A stretch of 62,000 nucleotides of DNA from Lama guanicoe (taxonomy: Eukaryota). Of the stretch, positions 35,546 through 47,530 are shown piece after piece. The stretch lies in assembly GCA_013239625.1 (NCBI GenBank), contig MU054117.1, positions 2,540,011 through 2,602,010 of the forward strand, read 5' to 3'. Every line of letters begins with the position of its first letter. Within the stretch, counting starts at the first letter, position 1. Both the position numbers and the translations under genes were made by a program. Below the pieces are notes generated by a model, which was not told where the DNA came from, made no database searches, and worked only from the letters and a program-made list of their open reading frames with translations.

Positions 35546-35823
35546 TATTTCAGGGGTGGTGGGTAAACGTATAACTTAAGTGCGGTGTTGGTCAGCTTAG
35601 AACAGACACAGCTGTGAGTGCCTTGAGGCGGGGGCTGTGGCTGGTGTACTTTTGCACCTGCCCCCTCTTTGGTGGTTAGGATGGTGCTTGGCATGTGGGC
35701 ACCCGGTGAAGATGGGTGATGGCACAGCCCCAACGTTCAGCCGGAGGGGGTGCTGGTGGGGCTGGGGTGGATGTGGGGCACGGAGCCCAGGCTGAGCTGG
35801 ATTCAGCCTGTGCACAGGCCTCT

Positions 35824-35868
35824 CAGACGTGGCTCCAGGTCTGCCAGACGTGGCTCCAGGTCTGCCAG
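35824..35868. repeat. Perfect 21-bp tandem duplication
   Basis: cagacgtggctccaggtctgc x2 + cag. Confidence 0.95.
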
Positions 35869-38074
35869 CTGCTGCCTGAGCACTGTGAGCACGGCCTCCT
35901 GTAGTCTCCTCTGCAAGCTGGGGGTGGAGGAACTGGGGGACAGATGTGGCTGCTGGCCTGGAATGCAGGGGCCGAGGCTGAGGGGGTCTTCCTCACAGTC
36001 CTTGGCTGGCATCACCTGGGTGGGGCTGCGTACCCGACCCTGGACTTACAGAGTCCCCGTCTGGGGCAGTGTGATTTCTGAGCACATCCCCGGCTCCTCT
36101 GGGGGTCTGGGCCTGACTCTGTGGGTTCAGGTTGTGGACAGATGCCCTTGGAGGGAGTCAAGTTGGCAGTGGCTGCAGGCCTTTGCAGATGAAGGTGTGG
36201 CCCTAGGCAGCCCCCCGGTGCCGGGAAGAGCAGCCCTAGGGGCAACCACCGTCTCCAGTAACGTACCAAAACGCGCTGGGGGAGCTGACTCCACGTGTCC
36301 CGTGGCTCAGCTCCCTGTAGCCGTCCTTAGCAAAGCTCTGTTGCTTCTCTTCATTTTTGTCAGAAAAATCTCACCTCTCTGCTGCACCAACTCTTCCCAC
36401 CCTTTTAGTTGATAAAGGCTTCATAAAACTGCCTCTCTGGCCCTCTGCTTTATGCCTCCTTCACTTCGAAACCAAGAGGCGGGTAGCACGCGTGTGTCCA
36501 CAGGGCGTATGCGCCAGGTGCTGTTGGGCATGGAACCAGCACTGAAGGTGCCTGGTGTCCGACTTGCGGAGCAGAGTGCATGGACACGGGTGACGAGTGT
36601 GGGACTGGGTGGAGAGTAATGGGGGCTCAGAGCGGAGGGTCAGCGGGCAGGTGCACACTCACTGTCTGTCTCCCCCCCGCCCCTACCCATCCCCCTGTCT
36701 CTCTGTCTGGGAAGTCTTATTACTCACTGGTGAAGTGCTACATGCCACCTCGTTGCTGATGGATGTCTCCAGAGAGGTTGTAGGGATGGAGGAGTAACTG
36801 GTAAATCTCAGCTCCCCTCCCAGGCCTGGCCTGTCCCTCGGGAAGCCAAGGAGACCCCTGCTCCTCCTTCTCTGGGCATCTCTATCAGCAAAGCAAGTGA
36901 CTGAATAAGAGCTGGTACCTCACCACCCACCTCCCCTCCTGGCCGGCATCAGGCTGGCGTGCGGATGGATGAGCTCGGATTTGGACCTGACTCAGGAGAA
37001 GGTAGGATAAACTCAAGAGAGTGAGCTCATGTGGCATGAAAAGGAGCCAGGAACACCAAGTGTGTGTGCTCGTGTCTTCCTGTCATTCCCTCCTCATCCC
37101 AGAGCCCTGGCAGCAGACTGCCCGACGGGCCTCTCCATGGAGCATGGTCAGGGGAGGACATGGAGCCCGCTGGAGCACTGGAGAGGGTGCAGGGCCCCCA
37201 CCCGCGCTCTGCCCTCCCTGCAGGGAGCAGAAGGCGTTCCCTGTGTCTCCAGGGTTTGGGACAGGCTGTCGGGAAGGCTGATCGGCTCTGGTCCTCTCTG
37301 AGGACACCACGGGGAGGACTCCACACAGGACGTCAGGGCAGAGAGAGGGAGTACACATAGTCTGGCGGAAAGACCTCTGGCCTGGAAGTCAGCAGCTCTG
37401 GTTTCTAGCTTGGGTTCAGGTTTTGATTCGCCTGGTGTCCTTGGGAAGGTCCGTCGTCCCCCACGTCTTAGTTTCCGCACATGTCAGAGGGTGGTATGCA
37501 TGCTGTCCTCCCCACCACCCAGAGCGGAGACAAGGACCACGTGGGCCAACCATATGACAGCCTGCAGAAGTAACGTCACATTGTCGTTGGTGACATTGTC
37601 GGTGACAGGTACTGTTGCCTAAGTTACACTCAGGCCATGGGTATGGATAGGGGTGTGAGCAGTTGCAGCTGGAAGGGGCTGTGGATCGAGGTCACGTGGT
37701 GCAGAGCTAGGGCCTTGTGAGGTGCTTCCAAGTCCCCGAGCTCATTGCAGGGGCAGGGAGCATGGCGTGAGCGTGGAGCCCTTGACAGAGGGGCAACTTT
37801 GAGCAGTATTTGGAGCAGGGAAGAGGAAGACTGTCAGGCGTCGCCGTGGCAGAAGCAATCCTCTCGGAAGACGCCAGTCCTGGGGGAGCGCGGAGGTGAA
37901 GGATGTAGGGAGCCTGGCTTCGTGCTCAGTTCCCGAGTCAGACTCAGCTGTCTCCCTGGGCCTGTGTAGGGGGCCCTTCCCTCATTTTGGGAGGCAGCGT
38001 GGCAGTGGCAGAGCTCTGATTTGGGAGAGCGTTGGGATCGGGGGGGAGGTGTCCTGGATCCCATGTCTGTCATT

Positions 38075-38222
38075 TTCTGGCTGCTGTGACCTTGAGCCTC
38101 TCTTACCTCTCAAAGTTCTGCTTCCTTCATCTGGGAATCATAATACCCGTCTTACAGGGCTGCTGGAGGGTTGAGTGAAGCCACAGAACAACCTGGAAAT
38201 AGAAGGTGCTCAGTAAATGTCA
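38075..38222 (+). mobile_element. MIR
   Basis: 'gctgtgaccttgagcctctcttacctctc...catctgggaatcataatacc...aggtgctcagtaaatgt'. Confidence 0.65.
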
Positions 38223-38869
38223 CTTAAATCTGAGTTTCTCTCCCATCCATCTCATTTATGGCGTGTGCCGGGAATACGCCAGAGCCTTTGGGCACATCCC
38301 CATTGGTCCCCGCCAGGGCTCCGCGTTTTCCTTCCTGTGGAGACAGACCTTTGCGATTATGCTGATTTTGTACTGATAACATGTGTCCTTGTGTCAGACC
38401 TGCCTGTCTGTCCCGTTTGCATCCAGGTGTCATTTGGCATGGATTTTGCACGTTATATATGTTCTTAGGAGAGAACTCAGAATTCAAAAGCAACTTTATG
38501 GAAAAAAAACTGTTCAAAGGAGAGATCTTTCCCTTGTCACCAAAATCACATTCTTGAAAACAAAATCTAGTTACTGTGTCTGGGCAGCGTGGAGAAGGGC
38601 TCACTGAGCTGGGCTGTGCTGCCGGTGGGGGTGGCCCCGCCGGCCACAGAGTACCTCATCTATACAGTGAGACGGGCACAGAGATCACAGTCTCCAAGGA
38701 GCCAAGCAGGGCTGCTGGGGACGACGGCCTGGACCCCTGAGCAGGGCAGGAGGATCACCGTGGCCGTGGTGCCCACTGGGAGGGCTGCTGGGGAGCACGT
38801 CACTGCGTGTCGGGCGAGGACTCCCGGCTTTACTCTCTGAAGTTTCTCCTGTTTCTCATAAAGTTGTGG

Positions 38870-39365
38870 GTTCGCATCTCCACTTGGATGACTGACAGAC
38901 ACCTTAAGGTCTTGACAGCAACCCCTGGTCCCACCCTGGTTCCTCTCTGCAACAACCAGGATCCGATCTGTCTCTTCTTACTGCTTCCCCTGCTCTGGCC
39001 CTGATCCGAGCCACCGTCCATCAGCTCTTGCTTGCATTATTTTAATAAGCCTCCCATGGTGTATTTCTGTTGCTGCTCTTGCTCGAAGGTACCGCCAGGA
39101 CCTTCCCTGACCATTGTTTAGAATAGCTGCTTCCCCCAACCCACCCTGTATGTTCCTGGCCTCCCCCATCCCCCCTCATTTTCTACTTAGCATATCAGAC
39201 ATGTGTCTTTTAAACTTCTTTCTTAATTGTAGTTTTTTCTTGTCATCCCTTGTCCTCAAATCCTAATATAAGCCATATGAGGACAGAGATTTTTGTGTGT
39301 GTGTGTGTGTGTGTGTCTTTTTTTTTCTTCTGGTTTTGGGCAACGCCTTAAACCCAGTAACTAGA
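38870..39365 (+). mobile_element. L2 fragments
   Basis: 'catctccacttggatgactgacagacacctt', 'ccttccctgacc', 'taatataagccatatgaggacagagattttt' are L2 3' region motifs. Confidence 0.6.
39294..39316. repeat. (TG)n microsatellite, about 11 units
   Basis: Perfect TG run. Confidence 0.95.
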
Positions 39366-42300
39366 TGACATGACTGATTTGTGATCTTTGGAAGCTGTTT
39401 GCCATCAATCTGGGAATTACTGTCCACCCTCTGGTCAAATTTTCCTTGAAGCAAGCACCAACCCTGAAGATCCCTTGACCCTGGACATCCTGGCTGCCCT
39501 ACCCTCCTCTGCCCCACCTCTCCTTCCTCTGTGGCTAGCTGCCCAGCCCTGTGTCTGTATGAATAGATCTGGTAGGTGAGGACCTGGTCCTATGCTCCTC
39601 ACCCCTCTGCCCGGGACGAACTCTTATATAACAGAAGTTGCTCGATAAATTCACTGTTCATTCCTTTACCGGCAAATGTTTTAAGGACTTGCTGTTGATA
39701 TACGAATAAAATTCAACCCTGGAAATGATCTGGGCCTTTGGAAGTTGTGCCACGCAGGCTGAGCAAGGGGCAGTGGCCAGAGGGAGAGACATGGAGGGGT
39801 GCGGGCAGCGCAGGCTCCGCAGTGCAGCTCTGGGATCGGCGGCCGAGTGGCAGGTCTCCTGTGCCTGCTGAGAGAGTGACCACCGTCCCCAGAGGATGAG
39901 GTGTGCACCTGCTCCTTTAAACTTCCTCGGAGGGTGGAAGCTGCTTCTTGGGATTTTGAAATACGCTGCACGGTCCCGGTGGTGTCAGGTAGCTAGTTTA
40001 TGGGTCCCGTCCTGGTTGTGATAACTCAGCTAAGCTGGATAATAAACGAAAGTGGGACAGAGCCCCAGGATAAATATTGCTGCAGGGCATCTCGGGCGGC
40101 ACAAATCACAGGGAAGTTATCTCCAGGCTCTTCGTTTCTCCTGTTCCTCCCTGGCCCTCTGGCAGCAGCTGGCAAAGCAGGATCCATCCGTCACAGCACC
40201 CCCCTACTCCACCCCTGCAGCTCACTCCTGCGGAGGGATGCATGTTGGTCCCTGGGAGACAGGTGTCGCTCTGCCTTCCTGACCAGCCCTGCATGTGGCC
40301 CTGGGGAGCCAGCTCGGATGGGGACTGTGGCCATTCTCCGTTCAGAGCTGCGCACCACCGCTTAGCTTTGCAGGCCTGCTCCTCTCTAAGACGAGGGGGT
40401 TAATAGTTGGTGGTTCTTAGTCTGGAGTGAGCATCCGCGTCACCTGGGGATTTAAAAGCAGCTGGTGAGTCCGACCCTAACTTACAGAGTTAGCATCGCA
40501 GGAGGCTGGTCTTGGGTGTTCCCACTCACCTTCCTGCGCCCCGCCAGCCAGCGGTACGCCCGGCGCCACTCCGGTCAGGAGCTACCGACGGTGCACATGG
40601 AGAGTGAAACGGTGACAGGTTCGGTGGTGGGGTGGGCCAGCTGCTGTGACCCACGCGGGCCTGGTCCCATCAGCAGTGTCACTGAGCCTGGCTTCCCTCA
40701 GCTCTGCAGTCACGCTTGCCTTGTAATCAGCGTTAGTCTGCAGGTATTGACTGAGCCTGCGGGGAGGACGTTGCTGCCGTGGGCGCGCAGGCACCAAAGG
40801 CGACAAACCAAAGGCAGGGGAGTCTATTAAGTGGAGAGGGTGGTCTCCGTGCAGGGCGGCCCCGCCCACCCCACCTCCCGTCTGACGCGTGGGAATCATT
40901 CTCAGCTTTGTCTCTGGACCCCCGCATGCAGATGCTGCCGTCTCCTCCTCCACTCTGTCTCTCCAGCCCCCTTCCCAGCGCAGATGCTCAGGATCTCCGG
41001 CCTGAACCTCACAGTGGCTTCCCCACCAGCCCCCTCCAAGCCATCTTCTCCATGCCGTGGAGCAGCCACACCTGCGGCCCAGGTGCCCCTTGCCTGGAGG
41101 CTGCTCACCGGGCCTGGGAGAATTGACTGCAGTGGTTACCCGTGGTGCTGGGGGCAGGCTCTGACTCTGGGTGGACCCCCGGACCCCGAGAGGAGCTGCA
41201 GCATGGCTACCGTGGCTCTCACAAGCTGCACACTCTTCTTGACCCAACGTGATCCTGCCACAAACATCCAGTCTCTGGGGCTCGCCTGCGCTGTTAGCTC
41301 TCCCTGGGTTGGAGGTGCCCTTCCTCCCCCTCTGCTGGACAGACAGGCTCCGACTCCCCTGAGGAGTCAGTGCAGGTGCCCCCAGGGAAGCAGACCCGTG
41401 TGCCGGGCCCACGGCACGTGCTGTTTGAAGAGTGTGCTTTGAAGATTTTTTTTGTTTAATTTATCTCTCCCCCATCTCCCCTTCTGGAAAGCAGGGACCA
41501 GCTATGTCTTAAATGGACCCCATGCGCCAAGTACAGAGCCTGCGGACCCCTGCCCAGGAAGGGTTTGCCCAGTGAGCCGAGCGTGGTGGAGAAGGCTGGT
41601 CACGGAGTCTGGAGCCTTGAGGTTTTGTACTGCTTCTGCAATTGCCTTGCTGGTGACCCTGGATAAGGTCCCTCTTCCCCTGGAAGCTCTTCTTTTTCCG
41701 TCATAAGGAGGGCACACACCTGACCGACCTCTAGGTCTCCTTCCAGTCCTCACATCCCGTGATCCTGTGTTAGAAATGGAGGGCTGTTTGTGTGTCCGCT
41801 TCATGAGCGTGTGTCCTGCTGGGCCTGGGCCGGCCCTCCTCCAGTCCTCGTTATGAGCCAGCACGCAATGCTCTTCAGCCGCTGTGTTAACCTGACCAGG
41901 ACTCAGGGGTCTGCTGCTTGGGGGCGCACAGTGCCTCCTCATCTTTGCATCCTTATTTTCCAAGGAGGCGGCCAGGAGTGCTCACAGGGCCTTGTTCCCC
42001 AGCCTTGTGCCTGGTGTGATATGCAGGGTAGGGGGAGCCTGGGACCTCACGAGTGCTCTATGGGCACGCCCTGCTAAGTAGGGGGTGTTGTGTAGGATGT
42101 GCTGGTCCCGAGGGACCTGGGGGCTGAGGGCTGGGGCCATCCTTAGTCCGAAGCCAGAACGAGGTGGGAAAAGCCCAAGAGGCCGCGTGCGAGGAATCAG
42201 CTGCCTCAGCCTTGGGTACAAGGCCTTGGGATGTCCAGGCACCTGCAGGGATTGGAGAAGGGACTGAGAGGTTGGCCCCAGGCAAGGGGCCTGATGAGCT

Positions 42301-42924
42301 GGGCAGCCCAGGGGCTGGAGCCTGGCCAACTGGGAGAAGGTGTAAGATGAGGTGCTGGTGGCGGGGAGCCTGGAAAGCCGGGATCCCCATGCCCCGGTCC
42401 CTCAGTGCTCAGTAGACTAGCTCTGGAAGGCCTGGCCTCCCTGGCGGTGGTGAGGGAGCCAAGGGGAAGGGCAGGGACTTCCCGCCGGTTGGGGGGCCCC
42501 CTGGTGAGGGGCTCAGGGGTGGGGGAGGCTTTCTCGGGCCAGAAACCTGCCTGCCATTTCTGGTGCCTTGTTTCTGGGCCTCAGTTTCTCCTTTGGCCCC
42601 ACTTTGCTCGTGGCTGGTGTGGGACTGGCCTTGCACCAGTGCTGTGAGCATTGCTTTATAAATAGAAAGATACTTAACACTGAGCCTGGAATCAGGCAGG
42701 GAGGGTGGCTGTGGGCAGCAGTGTTATAAAAATCAGCATTGATTTCTGGGAATCTGCACGCTGCATATTATGCAGACCCCATGCTGGCTCCCAGGGCACC
42801 GCTCAGCCCAGGGCCCGCTCCTTTTCTGCTCGGAGCGCCTACTGCCTGTCCCAGCCCTTGGAGCAGCGTGGATCTGTCTCCCCCACCTCTGGCCTTCTCT
42901 GCCTGGTGTGTGTCAGTTCGCTGC

Positions 42925-43005
42925 TTTGTTCATTCATTCATGCATTTTCACCTGTCAGGAGCCAGGCAGTGTACTAGGTTCTAGGATTCCGGGATGAACA
43001 GGAAT
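42925..43005 (-). mobile_element. L2 3' end
   Basis: 'ttcattcattcatgcattttcacctgtcaggagccaggcagtgtactaggttctagg'. Confidence 0.6.
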
Positions 43006-43753
43006 CCTCCCTGCTCCCCCCTCCCCCTTCTCAGCATCCAGATTCCCATAGCAGTGGGCAGAGTGATTCTTAACACAGGGCTCAGAGTGCAGAAGACAAG
43101 GTCCAGTTTTGCCTGGTGTCGGGGAGGAGGAGGCTACACCAGGCAAGGTGAGCGTGGCTGAGGGAGGGCGTCTGTGGCCAGGGGGCAGGGACGTCCAGGT
43201 AACATTCTGCTCCCACCTGCTGGCCCCCCATGGCGTTGGAGGATGCTCTGTCAGTGTCTGCTGGTTGTATTCTGTCTTGGCCCGGCCACAGTTGAAAAGT
43301 TAGTTAAAAGGAGACTGAGCCGCTGACTGACTTCACCACCACTAGGGCTTCCTTCCTTTTCGTCTGGTGACTTGGACCCCTTTCTGGAGCCTGGTCACAG
43401 GGAGAAGGTGTCGGGTCAGTGTTAGAGAAAACCCCGAGGAGAACGCGCACCAGGTCTCACATCACACCCTTGCCCCGCCCACCCTCCTGAGTCCTGCCCA
43501 GTCTTCCCCCAAGTACCCACCAGAGCTTTTCTTCAAACGCTCCTTAAAAAGTGGGGCCAGTGAAGTGTTTCAGCAGGTGAGTGAAATGAGTGCATCTGAC
43601 TGCCAAGAGGGGCCCGGCAGAGCCCCAGGGAGGAGGGCAGGCGAGGCTGGGAGGCCAAGGAGACTGTGGTCGAGGTGTGGGGGGCGGCCAGGTGTGGGGG
43701 CGGGAGACACGGAGGAGGAGTCCCCCACTCCTGCCAGCCACTGGCCAGCCTTG

Positions 43754-43796
43754 CTTAACTGTGTGCATGTCTTTTCCTAATCTCTGATAGGTAAGC
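43754..43796 (+). other. Juxtaposed 3' and 5' splice-site motif (recursive-splice-like)
   Basis: CTTAAC branch-like motif, pyrimidine tract, TAG|GTAAGC at 43790/43791. Confidence 0.3.
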
Positions 43797-45829
43797 AGCA
43801 ATAGCTTGGCTGTTTCAATGTGAATTTCCATGACTTGTAGTGTTCCCCAGTGTTTTATGGCCAAGAAACAGTGTAGTGAAATTCCTCATCATGGAAGTTA
43901 TCCACCCAGAGCCCACATCCCTGGGTGCTGGGAGGAGGGGCTGGGTGCGCCTGGGGTGTGGGGTCCTCTGCCCCAGAAAGGGGTCTGGCCCACTTGTCGG
44001 CCGTCTGATGGTAGGGTGGGTTCCTCTGGGCTGAAAGTAAGTCGCGCGCTGTGTTGGCCCTTTGGGAGCAGGCAACCCCCCGTGGGGGACAAGGACCAGT
44101 GCTGTCCTCGCCGGGCCCCCGGGGCAGATGCGGTGTCCGCCTCTCCCCGCAGCAGACTTATTTCCCTCCAGCTTTCTTTCTGACTGCGCCCCTCACCCCA
44201 CCTGCAGGGCTCAGCATAATGTCTCTCGCGGCCTTTTCCCTCCGTTCGCATTTCTGTCTTCAGCTGTGGCAGGTGACGTCTAGAGACAGAGGGCTTCTCA
44301 CTCCGAGTGCTGAGTCCCGTGCCTGACAGGCAGGGTCTCAGTCAAATCGGCCCTCTCCTTGCCTCCCTGTGGGTTTTCGTTGCAGTTTTCGCAAAGAGCA
44401 GGAGAGCAGTGGTACAGAAGCACTGACACTTTAAAAGCAGTGCGTCTGGACCGAGGGGACAGGTGGGGCTCCGGCTGCTCACAGCTGCCCTTGGCTAGTG
44501 TGAGTTGAGGTGGCTGGGCCCGTGGGAAGGGGCTCAGTGGGAAGGGCGGGTGAGCCTTGTGCCCAGGTCTGTGCACCCGCTGCCAGGAGCTGAGCGACGG
44601 TGGGCGCCCTGTGGCCACCCCTCTTTGTTTCCATCACACACAGGGGTCTCGTTGCTCTCCCTCTGATGTGGTTTCCCCCGGGAGGTGGAGGAATGAGAGT
44701 TATTCAGTGGCTTTGTGTGCAGAGGAATGTGTGATTTGAACAATGCTGGGTCCGGGATGCCCTGGATTCCTCAGTGGATGTGGGCTTTAGACAGGAACTA
44801 TTGGGAGCTAGAAATAGGCCGGGGGGCCCGGGGGGAGGGCCCATTGTTGGTGGCAACCCCACAGTCACCATCGTTCCTCATCCTGGAACCACGGATGCCG
44901 CAGACAGGAAGGCACCTCCCAAAGTCATCTAGGAAGGAAGGGACAGTGCTGCGTCACACCCAACACGACGTGGCCCTGCTCGGCTCCAGGTGGGGTGGGG
45001 TTTGTCGGCCTGGGGTGGTGGGAGCACCTGCTTTGGTCACCTGTCCCTGTCCTTAACTGCTCTCTTCTGGAGGCTCCCCCTTGCTTTTTAAAACCATTCC
45101 TCTCATTCTGCCTTAAGTGAAACGAGACCCCGGCCCATCGTCCCCGGGCAGAGCCTTCAAATGCAAGGTCATGATGTTTTCCTTCTGCTTCGGAGCGCCC
45201 GTGGGAGGTGGGGTCTCCTTCAGACACATGAGGCAGACAGCTGCGTAGAATTTGTAACGGATAAAATATTGGCTCACTTCAGAATTGGTTCTCTCTAGTT
45301 TAATGGGTTAGGAAGGTATAGTTCTGGGCTGAGCTAACTTTATGCATTTTTTAAACCCACTTTGATTTGTTTCAGCCATCAGGAGAGGAATACATGAATA
45401 AAGAGTCTGTGTTATACACGGTCCACTAGTGGTTTTGCTTCCCTGTGAGGCGAGCACCCAAGTCCCGTCTGGCAGGCCAGCACCCCAGGTCCACTCTCCC
45501 GGCCGGACCTCTGCCCAGCAGGTGCTGCTCCTGGATCCTGTGATCCTGGGGCACGTTTTCACTAGGACAAGACTTGCTCTGTCTTCTCACGGTACATTTT
45601 GGCATCCTTCTCACAGTAACTTTTTGGCATCCTTTATGCACATCTCCATCTTGGAGGGTGAATCCAAGTGTATCTCCTGCAGTCTTGTAAACCTCCCTGA
45701 CCAGGTGTTGGCCCCCTGTGGAAAGTAACTCACTCGCAATTTAATGCCTGGAAAGTGCGTGTTCTCACGGGCCATCAGCCCACGTTCTGAGACTCGTGGG
45801 CTGTACGTGTCGCTATTAAAGACCCAGGG

Positions 45830-46036
45830 CTGTGTTTCTCAAACTCTGTGATTCACTATGTGTGTATGTGTGTGCGTGCGTGTGGGAGCTACCCCTGAAA
45901 AAATGTTTCATGAAACCTCTGTGTGAGATAGTCTGGTATTTTGTTTTGTTTTAATTTAAAAAAATACTCTTCTTGACCCATTAAACTGACTTTATAACCC
46001 ACTAATGAGAAATGACCTGCCGTTTGAAAAGCGCTA
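45830..46036. mobile_element. hAT-Charlie MITE (Charlie4/MER103-like)
   Basis: Ends ctgtgtttctcaaact ... gtttgaaaagcgcta; 'gacccattaaactgactttataacccactaatg'. Confidence 0.65.
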
Positions 46037-46559
46037 TTCTGGGAGTTGCTGCAGATGACAGCTGATGGAAACAACGAGCAGATCCATTCATCTGGGTCAT
46101 AATACTCACACGTCTATTGTACCTCTTATAGCTTGGATTCTTAATTTCTTGAAGTTGATTTTTTTCTTCTTCGTGGCCACTGATGCCTCCAAAGTGAGTG
46201 CCTCATCACCAGGAGGCTTGAATTTCATGCATTTTAACAAGGACCCTTGTTAGTCAGTATTTTAATGTCATCTTTCTAAGATAAATTTGATCTTCAGACA
46301 CAGGTTTTTACTTAGGTTAGCAGAAGATTATTTTGCACAATAAAATTATAAACAGAGTCCTGATTTTCTAACTTACACAACAGTTTTCATCGAGTGTTTT
46401 CAAGGTTGAGTACATTAGCAAATTAATGAAGGAGCAAATTCATAAATTGGAGCTGGGGATTCAGAAACGCCACCTTCCTGCAAAATGCGGTTGGAAGTTC
46501 TCCAGGAGAGGCGCTCCCAGAGGCTGAGTCAGAAGGACTGACTTAGGGAAGCCGGGAGG

Positions 46560-47115
46560 GCAGGGGCCAGACAAGCAGCTGATGGGGTTTGAGTTGGGTC
46601 TTGCAGGGTGCATAGGAGTTCAAGTGGAAGGCCTGCAGGTTGTGGTGAAGGAACTGATTGTTCCTCAGAGGAATTTGGAATAGAACCAGCCATGTTTTTA
46701 AGTTAGGACAATATAAGATCAACTTACTTTAGAAAGGTGATTATGAGGACATGTGTGAAAGGTGTCCAGGAGATGAAGAGAGGCCAGGGAAAGAGAAATC
46801 AGGCAGGGGGGCCGCTAAGAGTTCGTGCAGGTTTTGTAAGGAGGGGATAGCTAGAGGAGCCTTGCCGTGGGACGGCACGAAGGAGAGGGAGGATGGGCTC
46901 TAGGCCGGGGGCTTGTTTGAATCTGCGGGGTAAAGAGGTGAAGTAACAGCCAGAGGAATCTCTCTCTGCTTCTGATTTAAGTGACCAAGTTGGTGGTGAT
47001 GCTGTTAACAGTAGAGAACACCAAAGGAGAAGCAGGGAGGTATTGGAGAGAGAAGATAACGAATTTAGGCATAGACCTATTGATCTGCGTTCCTGCTGGA
47101 CGTCTGGTTGGAGGT
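46560..47115 (-). mobile_element. L2 internal fragments
   Basis: 'tttgagttgggtcttgcagggtgcataggagtt', 'ctttagaaaggtgattatg', 'gttggtggtgatgctgttaacag...gaacaccaaaggagaagcagg'. Confidence 0.6.
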
Positions 47116-47204
47116 GTTCTGATGCCTTGGGCAGGGGCTCTGGAGTAACGCAGAGCAGGCTCTTTTCCTCACTCTGGCCGTGTGTCCCTCCCTGGTCCAT
47201 GTGG

Positions 47205-47530
47205 TCCAGCACAAGCTACTGAGCTCTCTCCTCTGTCAAATGGGGAAGCAGCGTTTATTTTGCAGAGCGGTTATGAGGACTGGAGAAAATAGGTATTAAC
47301 ATCCTGGCACAAAGTAAGTGCTCCGAAGTTATAGAGCATTGCTGTGAGTGATGTGGACTGAGAGGAAGGAGGGTCCAGGGCGCAAATCTCAGTTTTGCCA
47401 CAAAATTACAGGTGTCCTTAGGCAAGTTACACCACTGCTCCGGGCCTCCGTTTCCTCTTCTGGATGTGGAAGACAGGGAATTGACCGTCTCTAAAACCCA
47501 TTCTAGTGCGAACATTCTGTGATCTTCTGA
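47205..47530 (+). mobile_element. Two tandem MIR fragments
   Basis: 'ctctgtcaaatgggg...ttatgaggactggaga...cctggcacaaagtaagtgctc' and 'ccttaggcaagttacaccactgctccgggcctccgtttcctc'. Confidence 0.65.

Noticed and set aside
35824..35868. Direct repeat as a CRISPR-like array
   Set aside because: Only two adjacent units, no spacers, eukaryotic context
40525..40620. CpG-rich stretch with a - strand AAG|GTGAGT donor
   Set aside because: Two frames have stops, the third is unrecognised, and there is no convincing acceptor
40582..41442. Overlapping 276-aa and 203-aa ORFs on opposite strands
   Set aside because: No recognisable homology or exon structure; explained by stop-codon scarcity in GC-rich sequence
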